Position numbers and translations under genes: made by a program
The notes under the pieces: model-generated
Databases searched by the model: none
What the model was told of the DNA's origin: nothing
The model's input: only the letters and a program-made list of their open reading frames with translations
In this document: positions 8,569 through 19,337 of the stretch, piece by piece
Layout: every line of letters begins with the position of its first letter
Position numbering within the stretch: the stretch's first letter is position 1
NCBI GenBank assembly: GCA_050298595.1
Contig: JBNKUM010000072.1
Coordinates: 1-29,474 of the forward strand
DNA: 29,474 nucleotides
Direction: 5' to 3'
DNA from: Gammaproteobacteria bacterium
GTDB lineage: Bacteria; Pseudomonadota; Gammaproteobacteria; GCA-001735895

Positions 8569-9933
8569 TTAAAAAGGCATTCCAGGCGGCATCTTTCCTT
8601 TCATAGCCGACATCATTCCGCGCATCGCGCCTTTATTACCCATCTTTTTCATCATTTTCTGCATTTGCTTGTGCTGCTTGAGCAAACGATTTATATCCTG
8701 AATCTGTGTTCCGGAACCATTTGCCACACGTCGCTTGCGCGAACCATTAATAAGCTCTGGTTTGCGGCGTTCTAGCGGTGTCATCGAATCAATGATAGCC
8801 ACCATTCTTTTCATTTGTTTAGTATGTTCGGGATTTTGTAATTGCTGACTGATATTCCCGCCCATGCCGGGCAATTTATCCACCAGACTCGACAGGCCAC
8901 CCATTTTTTCCATCTGACTAAACTGGTCGCGCAGATCTTCCAGGTCAAAGCCTTTGCCCTTGCGAACCTTTTGCACCAGTTTTTTGGCTTTTTCCTGATC
9001 AACCTTTTGATGAGCTTCTTCAACCAGCGACAAAATGTCGCCCATACCCAGAATACGCGATGCAATACGATCTGGATGAAAGGCTTCTAGCGCAGTTGTT
9101 TTTTCACCCGAACCAATATATTTAATCGGCTTACCGGTAATCTGGCGCACTGACAATGCCGCACCACCACGTGCATCACCATCGGTCTTAGTCAGTACAA
9201 CACCTGTTAGTGGTAAAGCATCACCAAAGGCTTTGGCCGTATTTGCGGCATCCTGACCGGTCATACTGTCAACAACAAACAGGGTTTCCTGTGGGTCTAT
9301 AGCCTGATAAATGGTTTTTATCTCATCCATCATATCTGCATCTATGTGCAGGCGACCAGCCGTATCCACCAGTAATACATCAGCATTGCTTTTACGTGCT
9401 GCCAACAATGCATCCTGAGCAATTCTTACCGGTTTCTGAGTTCGGTCAGAAGGGAAAAATTCAGCATTAACTTCTTTTGCAAGAGTCTGTAACTGATCAA
9501 TCGCAGCAGGACGGTAGATGTCAGTACTGACCACCATGACATGCTTTTTATCCTGCTCAATCAGCCTGCGAGCAAGCTTGGCTACTGTAGTTGTTTTACC
9601 CGCCCCCTGTAAACCAGCCATCAAAACTACAACAGGTGGCTTAGCCTTGAGGTCGAGACCATCATGACTGGAGCCCATCACAGCGACCAGCTCATCATTA
9701 ACAACCTTAACCAGTGCCTGCCCTGGTGAGAGGCTGTTGAGCACTTCCTTACCTAAAGCTTTTTCTCTTACCTGATCGATAAAACCACGAACTACAGGCA
9801 AAGCCACATCAGCTTCCAATAGCGCCATGCGAATTTCGCGCAGAGTCTCTTTTATATTGTCATCGGTCAGCCGCCCCTGCCCACGCAGGTTTTTGACGGT
9901 ACGACTTAAGCGTTCAGATAGATTTTCAAACAT
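8569..9933 (-). CDS. ffh: Signal recognition particle protein Ffh
   Basis: GLQGAGKTT, DTAGR and TKTDGDARGGAALS motifs, plus a Met-rich M domain. Confidence 0.98.
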   Translation of the reverse strand: MFENLSERLSRTVKNLRGQGRLTDDNIKETLREIRMALLEADVALPVVRGFIDQVREKALGKEVLNSLSPGQALVKVVNDELVAVMGSSHDGLDLKAKPPVVVLMAGLQGAGKTTTVAKLARRLIEQDKKHVMVVSTDIYRPAAIDQLQTLAKEVNAEFFPSDRTQKPVRIAQDALLAARKSNADVLLVDTAGRLHIDADMMDEIKTIYQAIDPQETLFVVDSMTGQDAANTAKAFGDALPLTGVVLTKTDGDARGGAALSVRQITGKPIKYIGSGEKTTALEAFHPDRIASRILGMGDILSLVEEAHQKVDQEKAKKLVQKVRKGKGFDLEDLRDQFSQMEKMGGLSSLVDKLPGMGGNISQQLQNPEHTKQMKRMVAIIDSMTPLERRKPELINGSRKRRVANGSGTQIQDINRLLKQHKQMQKMMKKMGNKGAMRGMMSAMKGKMPPGMPF

Positions 9934-9964
9934 GATGGTTAGCCACAGCTGGAAAAAACGACGA

Positions 9965-10729
9965 TTATAACTTGAATAATTCGCCGCCGGACAGTCGATT
10001 AACAGAAAAATCAGGTAGTGCTTCTAGACACTCCTTATATATAAGGTCTTCCTCGCCTGGTTTGAAATGTGTTAACCAGATCTGGGGGCGATGTTTTAAC
10101 TTTTTTAAATCTTCTGCCAGTAATCTGGGGCAGTAATGTTTTGAAATCCGACTAATTTCCAGATCATGGTTGGCAAACGCCGATTCCACAAACAACAGAT
10201 CGAGATTATCATATTCATTTAAACGAGCCCATAAGCTGTTATTGGTAGTGGTATCACCACTAAAGGCAACTGTGCTGCGCCGACTTGAGACACAATAACC
10301 AACTCCGGGAACCGTATGATTAACAGCAATCATTTCAAACTCACGCTTGCGTATCTTGATAACGTCGCCGGGATCCATCACATTAAATCGAATACAGGGC
10401 CTATCCCGATTCGGTAATTCTGAAAAATCAGGCCAGATTACCCAGTTAAAAATATGAGTTTTCAGCGCTTGAATGGTTTTTTCCTGCGCATAAACCACAA
10501 TCGGTTCATCGTGCATACCGAACAAACTATCAGCCACTAAGGGCAAAGCCACGATATGATCCATATGTGAATGGGTTAAGAAGATGTGACGAATGCCTGA
10601 CATCTGGTTGAGCGGAAGATCCCCCAGTCCAGTACCCGCATCGATAAGAACATCATCATCGATGAGAAATGAGGTGGTTCGTAAATCACCACCGACACCC
10701 CCAGAGCATCCTAAAATTTTAATATTCAT
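9965..10729 (-). CDS. Metallo-beta-lactamase-fold hydrolase, probable class II 3',5'-cyclic nucleotide phosphodiesterase
   Basis: ILGCSGG, IDAGTG, THSHMDH, HIFNWVIWPDF, FSGDT and THFKPG fit the cAMP phosphodiesterase class II-like MBL family. Confidence 0.75.
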   Translation of the reverse strand: MNIKILGCSGGVGGDLRTTSFLIDDDVLIDAGTGLGDLPLNQMSGIRHIFLTHSHMDHIVALPLVADSLFGMHDEPIVVYAQEKTIQALKTHIFNWVIWPDFSELPNRDRPCIRFNVMDPGDVIKIRKREFEMIAVNHTVPGVGYCVSSRRSTVAFSGDTTTNNSLWARLNEYDNLDLLFVESAFANHDLEISRISKHYCPRLLAEDLKKLKHRPQIWLTHFKPGEEDLIYKECLEALPDFSVNRLSGGELFKL

Positions 10730-11005
10730 TTTGGGTTTCTAACAACAGCTAAGCCAGCTTTGTTTAACAGAGTAACTAGTAACGTGACACAATAATCCAT
10801 GACCAGTGCAAATTTCAACGAAATAAGTTTAAAACCTCAACACAGCGCACAATCTAGATTCAAGGACATATCATGAATATGGTTATCATCCATACTTTGC
10901 ATTTAAATCTCATTAATATTAAGTGAAGCCTAAGGTTTACTTCTACTCTTCTGACAATTGAGATAAAATTCAGCATTCTCTCTCAGAGCTTTCGACTACA
11001 ACATA

Positions 11006-11809
11006 GTGACTGTTATCAGCATATTAATACTACTGGGTTTTTGTGCCTCTGCTTGGCTGATTTACAAAAACATAGGTCAAATCCATTCTTCTCGTCTGCC
11101 TCAACTCACTTCCGCTCTGCTTGCAGCACTATTAGAAACTTACCTTTTAAAGCAGTTGATTTACCCTGAAGCGGGAACTATGAACCTGAGTTTTTTTATC
11201 GCATTTGCGTTAATTAGCTGGCTGGTGAGCATTCAGATCATGATCAGCAGCCTGTATCGCCCCTTACAAAGCCTGGGTATTGTCATGTTTCCTGTCACCG
11301 GTATTGCCAGCCTGTTAGCGGTATTGACCCCTGCCAATGCCAGCAATATAAGCACGGTTGGCAGTCAGTTAATTCAGGGACATATTATGATTTCAATCAT
11401 TGCGTATAGCCTGATCATGCTGAGTGCTTTACAGGCGCTCACTCTGGCCTATCAGGAACATGCTATCCGCTCGCATCACCCGGGAGGTTTTATCCGTTTC
11501 TTACCCCCCTTGAATGATATGGAAACTCTGCTATTCCAGATGATCGGCTTTGGCTTTATCTTTTTAAGCACAGCTTTAATCACCGGATTCTTTTTTGTTG
11601 AAGACCTCTTCGCTCAACATCTAGTGCATAAAACCGTTTTGTCGATTATCGGCTGGATCATTCTTGCTGTTCTGCTGTATGGTCGTTACCGCTTTGGCTG
11701 GAGAGGAAAGGTTGCTATCCGCTGGACCCTTACAGCTTTCATATTCATTATGCTAGCCTATTTTGGAACCAAAATGGTGCTGGAATTTTTCCTGCATCAG
11801 GCCCCTTAA
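11006..11809 (+). CDS. ypjD: Cytochrome c assembly family inner-membrane protein (YpjD/CcsA-like)
   Basis: Multi-TM protein with LPPLNDME, HLVHKTVLS, FGWRG and LAYFGTK; usual neighbour of ffh. Confidence 0.85.
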   Translation: MTVISILILLGFCASAWLIYKNIGQIHSSRLPQLTSALLAALLETYLLKQLIYPEAGTMNLSFFIAFALISWLVSIQIMISSLYRPLQSLGIVMFPVTGIASLLAVLTPANASNISTVGSQLIQGHIMISIIAYSLIMLSALQALTLAYQEHAIRSHHPGGFIRFLPPLNDMETLLFQMIGFGFIFLSTALITGFFFVEDLFAQHLVHKTVLSIIGWIILAVLLYGRYRFGWRGKVAIRWTLTAFIFIMLAYFGTKMVLEFFLHQAP

Positions 11810-11843
11810 TCCCTTTAATACGCGACCAGCCTAATCTCAAGCT

Positions 11844-13133
11844 GTGAATGATATCCCTCTAAGTTTCCTGTTTATTGCGCTGGTTATACTCATCATGCTA
11901 TCCGCATTCTTTTCTGGCTCTGAAACTGGACTAATGAGCCTGAACCGTTACAAACTCAAACATCAGGCAGATAGCAATAATGGTGGAGCCAAACGGGCTT
12001 TAGAATTGCTACAAAACCCGGATGAATTGATCAGCCTGATTCTTCTGGGTAATAATTTCATCAATATATTGATCACCCAGCTGGCAACCTATATAGGTTT
12101 TCGCATGTATGGAGACACCGGTATTGCGATCGCTACCGGTGTATTAACCGTCTTATTATTATTATTTGCTGAAGTAACACCCAAAACCCTGGCCGCCAAC
12201 AGCCCGGAAAAAATTGCCTTCATCGCATCCTACGTTTATCGACCCTTGCTTAAAATACTGTATCCACTGATCTTCCTGATCAACCTGATGGTAAAGCGAA
12301 TACTGATGCTATTTAAGATCAGGGAAAAAGAACACAGCCTGAGTGCACTTAATTCGGATGAGTTGCGTATAGCTGTTACCGAAACAGCAGGATTAATTCC
12401 AGATTCACATAGAGACATGCTACTCAGTATTCTGGATCTGGAAAAGGTCAAGATCAATGACATCATGATCCCTCGCAATGACATCGTGGGTATAGATCTT
12501 GATGACAACTGGGATGATACCGTCAACCAGATTACCAAGATACCTTTCTCCCGCATCCCCATCTACCAGGAATCTATAGATAACATCGTTGGCATCGCAT
12601 TGATGCGCAAGATCATGCCATTATTAATGGCTAAAAACTTCAATCAGGAAACGCTTAAGGACATCATACGCAAACCTTATTTCATCCCTGAAGGCACACC
12701 TCTTACGACTCAACTGCTCAACTTTCAGAAAAACAAACGCCGCATGGGGTTTGTGGTCGATGAGTATGGAGATATTCAGGGCATGGTCGCTCTGGAAGAC
12801 ATTCTGGAAGAAATCGTCGGCGAATTTACGAGTGACCCCAGTACAAAATTCACTTCATTCTACCGCGACGTGGATGGCAGCTATCTGATCGATGGCAGTA
12901 CTCATGTGCGCGAAATCAACCGTCAACTGAAGATAAAGCTACCCACTAGCGGGCCTCGCACCATTAATGGCCTGATACTTGAACACCTTGAAATGATTCC
13001 GGAATCAGGTACCAGCCTGAAGATCGATGGTTTCCCGTTGGAAATCATGCAAATCAAGAACAATATGGTAAAAACATTACGCATTAAACTGGATCCAGAA
13101 CAGCAGCAACAGGTGTTGGGTAAAGATGGCTAA
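11844..13133 (+). CDS. HlyC/CorC (CNNM + CBS) family transporter, YfjD-like
   Basis: SAFFSGSET, ILLGNN and EVTPKT motifs, a CBS pair with VVDEYG and LEDILEEIVGE, and a CorC C-terminal domain. Confidence 0.92.
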   Translation: MNDIPLSFLFIALVILIMLSAFFSGSETGLMSLNRYKLKHQADSNNGGAKRALELLQNPDELISLILLGNNFINILITQLATYIGFRMYGDTGIAIATGVLTVLLLLFAEVTPKTLAANSPEKIAFIASYVYRPLLKILYPLIFLINLMVKRILMLFKIREKEHSLSALNSDELRIAVTETAGLIPDSHRDMLLSILDLEKVKINDIMIPRNDIVGIDLDDNWDDTVNQITKIPFSRIPIYQESIDNIVGIALMRKIMPLLMAKNFNQETLKDIIRKPYFIPEGTPLTTQLLNFQKNKRRMGFVVDEYGDIQGMVALEDILEEIVGEFTSDPSTKFTSFYRDVDGSYLIDGSTHVREINRQLKIKLPTSGPRTINGLILEHLEMIPESGTSLKIDGFPLEIMQIKNNMVKTLRIKLDPEQQQQVLGKDG

Positions 13134-14490
13134 AAATAGCGCTCAGTATCAATGCATCGAATGCGCCACTGTTTTCAATAAATGGGCCGGCCAATGCCCT
13201 GACTGCAAGAGCTGGAACTCAATTCAGGAAGTACAGTCCATATCCAGCCCTGGTGGCCGTCAAAGAGGCAACTGGGCAGGACATAAAACCACCACCGAAG
13301 TGGTGACACTGAATAATATCCCTAACACCGACACCTTGCGCTTTAGCACTCACATTGACGAACTGGACCGGGTATTAGGAGGCGGCATGGTCAGTGGCTC
13401 AGTAGTATTACTGGGCGGTGATCCGGGCATCGGTAAATCAACCATTCTATTGCAATGCCTGACCCACATCAGCCAGAGTATGCCGGCACTGTATGTAACC
13501 GGTGAAGAATCGTTGCAGCAGGTCAGCCTACGTGCACAGCGCCTGAACCTGCCGCGAGATGACCTTAAATTACTAAGCTCCACCTGTGTAGAAGAGATTA
13601 TTGCTCACGCCATGAGCCTGAAACCTCAGGTAATGGTCATTGACTCCATACAGACGATTTATACCGACAGCCTGCAATCGGCACCCGGATCAGTGAGTCA
13701 GATCAGAGAGAGTACTGCATTACTGGTTCGCCTGGCCAAACAACAGCAGATTGCCATCTTTCTGGTTGGTCATGTCACCAAAGAGGGGCAACTTGCGGGG
13801 CCACGAGTACTCGAGCACATGGTGGATACCGTTTTATATTTTGAGGGTGATAGCGCGACCCGTTTTCGAGTCATCCGTGCGGTAAAAAACCGTTTTGGTG
13901 CCGTCAATGAAATCGGCATCTTCGCCATGACCGATGGCGGATTAAAAACCGTCTCCAACCCCTCTGCGATTTTTCTGGCACATCACGAAAAACCGGTATC
14001 AGGCAGCATTATCATGGTCTCTCGTGAAGGCACACGACCCATTCTGGTGGAGATACAGGCACTGGTCACCGAAAGCCACCTGGGTAACCCCAGACGTATC
14101 AGTGTCGGCCTGGAATCCAACCGTCTGGCCATGTTACTGGCGGTATTACAGCGTCACGGCGGCATCCCGCTGTATGATCAGGATGTATTTATCAATGCGG
14201 TGGGCGGTGTACGCATCAGTGAAACCGGCGCTGATCTGGCAGTCATTCTGGCCATTCTCTCCAGCTATCGAGATAAAGCGGTAAGCAACCGCATGCTGGT
14301 TTTTGGAGAGGTTGGACTCTCTGGAGAGATCCGTCCGGTACCGAATGGAGAGGAGCGCCTCAGGGAAGCCAGTAAACATGGATTTGAAAGCGTAATCCTG
14401 CCCAGCGCCAACAAACCAGGTAAAAAAGATCTTAACGGTATGAAGCTTATTACGGTCAACCACTTGGCTGACGCGCTGAATGCCTTATAA
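13126..14490 (+). CDS. radA: DNA repair protein RadA/Sms
   Basis: N-terminal CxxC...CxxC zinc finger, GDPGIGKS Walker A, KNRFG motif and GEVGLSGE. Confidence 0.97.
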   Translation: MAKNSAQYQCIECATVFNKWAGQCPDCKSWNSIQEVQSISSPGGRQRGNWAGHKTTTEVVTLNNIPNTDTLRFSTHIDELDRVLGGGMVSGSVVLLGGDPGIGKSTILLQCLTHISQSMPALYVTGEESLQQVSLRAQRLNLPRDDLKLLSSTCVEEIIAHAMSLKPQVMVIDSIQTIYTDSLQSAPGSVSQIRESTALLVRLAKQQQIAIFLVGHVTKEGQLAGPRVLEHMVDTVLYFEGDSATRFRVIRAVKNRFGAVNEIGIFAMTDGGLKTVSNPSAIFLAHHEKPVSGSIIMVSREGTRPILVEIQALVTESHLGNPRRISVGLESNRLAMLLAVLQRHGGIPLYDQDVFINAVGGVRISETGADLAVILAILSSYRDKAVSNRMLVFGEVGLSGEIRPVPNGEERLREASKHGFESVILPSANKPGKKDLNGMKLITVNHLADALNAL

Positions 14491-14520
14491 TGCCCGCTTT
14501 CTCACCAGCAGTATGACGCC

Positions 14521-14763
14521 ATGAGTAGCCCAGATAAAAGCATCAAAGACTTTGAAAAATCGCTGCAACAGCTCGAATCCATCGTACAGAAGATGGAGAC
14601 CGGTGAGCTGGGTCTGGAACAATCCTTAAAACAGTTTGAACAAGGTATACAACTGGCAAAAACCTGCCAGAATGCCCTTAGTTCTGCCGAATTAAAGGTC
14701 AATCAGCTGATAGAAGAAAACGGAATACAACAAAGTATACCATTCGAAGAACACAATGATTGA
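14521..14763 (+). CDS. xseB: Exodeoxyribonuclease VII small subunit
   Basis: [16 protein letters not shown]...[11 protein letters not shown]; xseB-ispA-dxs synteny. Confidence 0.95.
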   Translation: MSSPDKSIKDFEKSLQQLESIVQKMETGELGLEQSLKQFEQGIQLAKTCQNALSSAELKVNQLIEENGIQQSIPFEEHND

Positions 14764-15658
14764 TCAGGTAGAATTTGGAGCATTGCTGATCGAGTACCAG
14801 CAACGCGTTAATCAGACGCTGGAAAAATGGCTACCTCCTGAAGACATAAATCCTGCGACCCTACACCAGGCTATGCGCTATTCGGTACTTGGCAGCGGTA
14901 AACGCGTACGCCCAATCCTGGTATACGCAACAGCCAGTGCCTTGAGCATTCCGCTGGAAAAGGTAGATGGTATCGCCGCTGCAGTAGAAATTATTCATGC
15001 CTATTCACTCATCCACGATGATTTACCGGCCATGGATGATGACGATTTACGTCGTGGCCGCCCAACCTGCCACAAGCAGTTTGACGAAGCGACCGCAATA
15101 CTGGCAGGAGATGCACTACAGGCACTGGCATTTTATATCCTGAGCCACGACCCAGAGATGACTTCGGATGCCGCTAATCGCCTCAAGATGATTGAAAAGC
15201 TGGCACTATTTTCAGGCTCTCGAGGCATGGCAGGTGGACAGGCGATAGACCTCGCATCTGTTGGTAAAACACTGAACCTGGAGCAGTTGGAAACCATGCA
15301 TATACACAAAACCGGTGCTCTAATCCGCACCTGTATCCACATGGCCGCTCTCTCTGCACAACATGCTGACGAGCAACAGTTACAGGCGCTGGACAACTAC
15401 GCCAAAAAAATCGGCCTGTCATTTCAGGTTCAGGATGACATACTTGATGTCATCAGCGATACCGAAACTCTGGGCAAGCCTCAAGGGTCAGACGCCCAGT
15501 TGGACAAACCCACTTTTCCATCCATCATTGGCCTACAGGCAGCTCAGAATAAGGCCATGCAATTACACCAGCAGGCAGTTGAAGCGATAGAAAATTTTGG
15601 TAGCGAGGCCGATATCTTACGTGCCATTTCGCACTGGTTTGTTTCTCGCCGCCACTAG
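14756..15658 (+). CDS. ispA: Farnesyl diphosphate synthase
   Basis: [21 protein letters not shown] and FQVQDDILD motifs. Confidence 0.95.
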   Translation: MIDQVEFGALLIEYQQRVNQTLEKWLPPEDINPATLHQAMRYSVLGSGKRVRPILVYATASALSIPLEKVDGIAAAVEIIHAYSLIHDDLPAMDDDDLRRGRPTCHKQFDEATAILAGDALQALAFYILSHDPEMTSDAANRLKMIEKLALFSGSRGMAGGQAIDLASVGKTLNLEQLETMHIHKTGALIRTCIHMAALSAQHADEQQLQALDNYAKKIGLSFQVQDDILDVISDTETLGKPQGSDAQLDKPTFPSIIGLQAAQNKAMQLHQQAVEAIENFGSEADILRAISHWFVSRRH

Positions 15659-15673
15659 GACTCAATTGATTTT

Positions 15674-17545
15674 ATGAATAGCCCAACCGCTCAATTCCCA
15701 TTGCTCGATACCATTGATTCTCCTGAACAGCTACGCGAGCTTCCTGTAGACCAACTACCTGAACTGGCTCAGCAACTACGTCAGTTCATTATCCAGTCAG
15801 TTTCTCAAACCGGTGGTCACCTCGCTTCAGGCCTGGGCGCCGTGGAATTAACTATCGCATTACATTATCTGTATAACACGCCAAATGACAGACTGGTATG
15901 GGATGTAGGACACCAGTGTTATCCGCATAAAATTCTAACTGGCCGCAAACAGTTGATGTCTAGCCTGCGCCAATATGGCGGTCTATCCGGTTTTCCAAAA
16001 ACCAGTGAATCTGAATACGATCACTTCGGTGTCGGACATTCAAGTACCTCGATTGGTGCCGCTCTGGGTATGGCAATAGCTGCCGAAGCACAGGGCATTA
16101 AACGCAGTATCGTGGCTATTATCGGTGACGGCGGCATGTCTGCAGGCATGGCATTCGAAGCACTCAATCATGCGGGTAGTATAGACACCAACCTGCTGGT
16201 AATACTGAACGACAATGAAATGTCTATCTCACCCAATGTAGGGGCAATGTCCAAATACCTCTCTCGTATCTGGTCTGGTAGTATTTATTCTCATATGCGA
16301 GCCGGCAGTAAGAAGGTATTGTCTCAGATCCCCAGTGCCTGGGAACTGGCCAGACGTGCCGAGGAACATTTCAAAGGCATGATTACCCCCGGCACATTGT
16401 TCGAGGAGATGGGGTTCTCTTATTTTGGCCCGATAGATGGGCATGATCTGCCCAGTCTGATGCAGTTGTTAAGGAATCTGAAAAAAATGGAAGGCCCCAG
16501 GCTACTGCATATCGTCACTAAAAAAGGCAAAGGCTATGAACCTGCAGAGGGTGATTCCTGTAAATATCACGGCACAGGCCCCTTTGATATTGAAACTGGC
16601 GCTGCTTCGGCCACATCAGTTAACAGCAATACCCAACCCTATACCCAGGCATTTTCAGACTGGGTGGTAAAAAAAGGCGATCAGCAGGAAAAGCTTCATG
16701 TCATCACTCCCGCCATGTGTGAGGGTTCAGGGCTGGTAGAATTTTCATCCAGATTTCCCGAGCGTTTTCATGATGTTGGTATTGCTGAACAGCACGCTGT
16801 CACACTGGCTGCGGGTATGGCTATTGATGGATTAAAACCCGTGGTAGCCATCTATTCTACCTTTTTACAACGCGCCTACGATCAACTGATCCATGATGTA
16901 GCGGTACAGAATCTTGATGTATTGTTTGCGGTTGACCGCGCAGGTATCGTGGGTGCCGATGGTGCCACCCATACAGGTAATTTTGATATCAGTTTTTGCC
17001 GCTGTATCCCCGACCTGATCATCATGACACCAGCCAATACTTCAGACCTGCATCAATTACTCAATACCGGCTACGAATATCCCGGCCCGGCACTGGTTAG
17101 ATACCCTAGAGATAACTGTGAAAAACTGCCTGAGATCAGCGATCAGACTATCCCTCTGGGTGAGGCTGTTGTACTAAGAAGTGGCCAGCGTCTGGCGATA
17201 CTGGTTTTTGGTCCTTTCATTCCCCTTGCGCTAGAGCTTGCTGATAAATTTGACGCCACCCTGGTCAATATGCGTTTTGTAAAACCACTGGATGAAAAAA
17301 TGCTAACCCAACTGGCTGGTGATCACTCGTTATTTTTCTGCATAGAAGATAATGCCGCTCCTGGTGGAGCAGGCAGTGCGGTGGCTGAATTTATTATGCA
17401 CAATCAATTATCGGTAAATTGTTCTATCAATGGCCTGGATGACCACTTTCCAGCGCAAGGCAGCAGACAGCAGGTTTTACAGGATTATCATATTAGCCTG
17501 CCAGCATTATCAGAGAAAATAACAAAGCTGCTTGCAAAGGCCTAA
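15674..17545 (+). CDS. dxs: 1-deoxy-D-xylulose-5-phosphate synthase
   Basis: WDVGHQ, GHSSTSI, GDG...NDN thiamine-binding motif, IAEQHA and DRAG. Confidence 0.97.
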   Translation: MNSPTAQFPLLDTIDSPEQLRELPVDQLPELAQQLRQFIIQSVSQTGGHLASGLGAVELTIALHYLYNTPNDRLVWDVGHQCYPHKILTGRKQLMSSLRQYGGLSGFPKTSESEYDHFGVGHSSTSIGAALGMAIAAEAQGIKRSIVAIIGDGGMSAGMAFEALNHAGSIDTNLLVILNDNEMSISPNVGAMSKYLSRIWSGSIYSHMRAGSKKVLSQIPSAWELARRAEEHFKGMITPGTLFEEMGFSYFGPIDGHDLPSLMQLLRNLKKMEGPRLLHIVTKKGKGYEPAEGDSCKYHGTGPFDIETGAASATSVNSNTQPYTQAFSDWVVKKGDQQEKLHVITPAMCEGSGLVEFSSRFPERFHDVGIAEQHAVTLAAGMAIDGLKPVVAIYSTFLQRAYDQLIHDVAVQNLDVLFAVDRAGIVGADGATHTGNFDISFCRCIPDLIIMTPANTSDLHQLLNTGYEYPGPALVRYPRDNCEKLPEISDQTIPLGEAVVLRSGQRLAILVFGPFIPLALELADKFDATLVNMRFVKPLDEKMLTQLAGDHSLFFCIEDNAAPGGAGSAVAEFIMHNQLSVNCSINGLDDHFPAQGSRQQVLQDYHISLPALSEKITKLLAKA

Positions 17546-17655
17546 AACACTAACTGACTGTTAAAATAGTTTCATTAAGACCTTTTGCTTGCTGAGGTTT
17601 TTAGGTAGAAACCAGTAAAAATCCTGCAAAACTTTGTGTTTTTATTTTTTTAACA

Positions 17656-17685
17656 TTGCTTAATCGAATATTTCTCGCATACAAT
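17656..17685 (+). promoter_or_regulatory. Putative sigma-70 promoter of the cold-shock gene
   Basis: TTGCTT-N18-TACAAT preceded by a T-rich UP-like tract. Confidence 0.5.
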
Positions 17686-17747
17686 TGATTCGACCCTCAT
17701 AGTTGTTGTGCGGGTCAAAATATAAATAAAAACTTAAAGAGAGAAAT

Positions 17748-17957
17748 ATGGCTGATCAAGTATCTGGTACTGTGAAATGGTTTAATGACTCAAAAGGTTT
17801 TGGATTCATTTCTCAGGATGGCGGGCAGGATGTTTTTGTACACTACAGCGCAATTAATGCCGATGGTCATAAAACCCTGAGAGAAGGACAGAAAGTCACT
17901 ATGAAAGTGACCGAAGGTGCCAAGGGTTTACAGGCCGAAAACGTCATACCTGAGTAA
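17748..17957 (+). CDS. Cold-shock protein (CspA family)
   Basis: GTVKWFN, KGFGFI (RNP1) and DVFVHY (RNP2). The paralogue cannot be identified. Confidence 0.95.
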   Translation: MADQVSGTVKWFNDSKGFGFISQDGGQDVFVHYSAINADGHKTLREGQKVTMKVTEGAKGLQAENVIPE

Positions 17958-18067
17958 AATTTCTCTACCAGCTTTAGCTATACCCATACAAAAAGTACGG
18001 GGAAACATCTGGCAATCTCTATAGAATAACCGACTAATTAAGTCAGGTATTAAATAGAGAGGAAACA

Positions 18068-18403
18068 ATGGAAGCAATTGTAAATGGTAAAACCATTCAA
18101 TTAAGCGAAGCTGGTTGGCTGGAAAATCTGGACGAATGGAGTCCAGAACTGGCTCATGAAATAGCCAAAGCTGAACAAATCCCCGAACTCACCGAAGAGC
18201 ATTGGGACATCATCAATCTTGCGCGTGAGCAATTTGCAGAAAATGGCGTCGTCTCTGAACCTCGTGCTTTTTCCAAGCTGATGAAACAGAAATTCGGTAA
18301 AGACCGTAGCGATCAGAAATATATCTATTCATTATTCCCTACTGGTCTGATTAAATGCGCCAACAAGGTTGCTGGACTCCCTCGTCCGAAAGGCTGTAGT
18401 TAA
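18068..18403 (+). CDS. TusE/DsrC/DsvC family sulfur relay protein
   Basis: GWL...W, LTEEHWDII, IYSLFP and C-terminal AGLPRPKGCS with a penultimate Cys; GAGAGG RBS. Confidence 0.9.
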   Translation: MEAIVNGKTIQLSEAGWLENLDEWSPELAHEIAKAEQIPELTEEHWDIINLAREQFAENGVVSEPRAFSKLMKQKFGKDRSDQKYIYSLFPTGLIKCANKVAGLPRPKGCS

Positions 18404-18416
18404 CTCCCCTGCGATA

Positions 18417-18444
18417 TTGCGAAATACAGGGTGACCAGTATAAT
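18417..18444 (+). promoter_or_regulatory. Putative sigma-70 promoter of folE2
   Basis: TTGCGA-N16-TATAAT followed by a GC-rich discriminator GAGCGCC. Confidence 0.5.
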
Positions 18445-18532
18445 GAGCGCCCTTTTTTGCAGTATTGCAAACGATCTTTAAAGGCCTGTTATCAATCAGT
18501 AACGGGCTTTTGCCCAGAACTGAGGAATTATC

Positions 18533-19333
18533 ATGAACCAGCCTGCCACTCCAGAGATCCCAGACGTACAGGGAAGCGCAGATAAACGTAAAATCGCTAT
18601 CAATAAGGTTGGTATCAAGGATATTCGTCACCCAGTCGTGATCAAGGATCGATCTGGCGGCTTATTACACACCATCGCGACTTTCAGCATGTTTGTGTAC
18701 CTGCCACATCATTTTAAAGGCACTCACATGTCTCGCTTTGTGAAAATCCTGAACGATCACGAAAAAGAAATTTCGGTTTCTTCCTTCCAGGACATGCTTA
18801 AGGAAATGTCTGAATTACTGGAAGCGGATTCCGGCTATATCGAAATGCACTTCCCCTTTTTCGTCAACAAAAAGGCTCCTGTCAGCGGTGTTGAATCATT
18901 GCTGGATTATGATGTCAGCCTGATCGGTGAAATTAACCATGGCGAAACCCAGATTCGAACCAAAGTTCTGGTACCCGTTACCAGCCTGTGCCCCTGCTCT
19001 AAATCCATCTCTGATCGTGGTGCGCATAACCAGCGCTCACACGTTACAGTTAATGTTAAAACCAGAGGTTTTGTCTGGATAGAGGAAATTATTGATCTGG
19101 TCGAAAAACAGGCGTCCTGCGAGCTTTACGGATTGCTCAAGCGCCCTGATGAAAAATACGTCACTGAACGCGCTTACGATAACCCTAAATTTGTCGAAGA
19201 CATGGTGCGTGATGTTGCCGGAGAACTCAATGACGATGACCGTATACGCAGTTATATTCTGGAATCAGAAAACTTTGAATCGATTCATAATCATTCCGCC
19301 TATGCAATGATTGAATTCGATAAGGATAAGTAA
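18533..19333 (+). CDS. folE2: GTP cyclohydrolase I type IB
   Basis: [35 protein letters not shown] and ESIHNH motifs. Confidence 0.96.
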   Translation: MNQPATPEIPDVQGSADKRKIAINKVGIKDIRHPVVIKDRSGGLLHTIATFSMFVYLPHHFKGTHMSRFVKILNDHEKEISVSSFQDMLKEMSELLEADSGYIEMHFPFFVNKKAPVSGVESLLDYDVSLIGEINHGETQIRTKVLVPVTSLCPCSKSISDRGAHNQRSHVTVNVKTRGFVWIEEIIDLVEKQASCELYGLLKRPDEKYVTERAYDNPKFVEDMVRDVAGELNDDDRIRSYILESENFESIHNHSAYAMIEFDKDK

Positions 19334-19337
19334 AAAC

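Noticed and set aside
10778-10800. Possible CRP site (AACGTGA...) upstream of the phosphodiesterase gene
   Set aside because: Only one half-site is present; there is no TCACA at N6 spacing.
18404-18532. Zur box or riboswitch upstream of folE2
   Set aside because: No convincing Zur palindrome or aptamer motif; only a promoter-like sequence and short hairpins.
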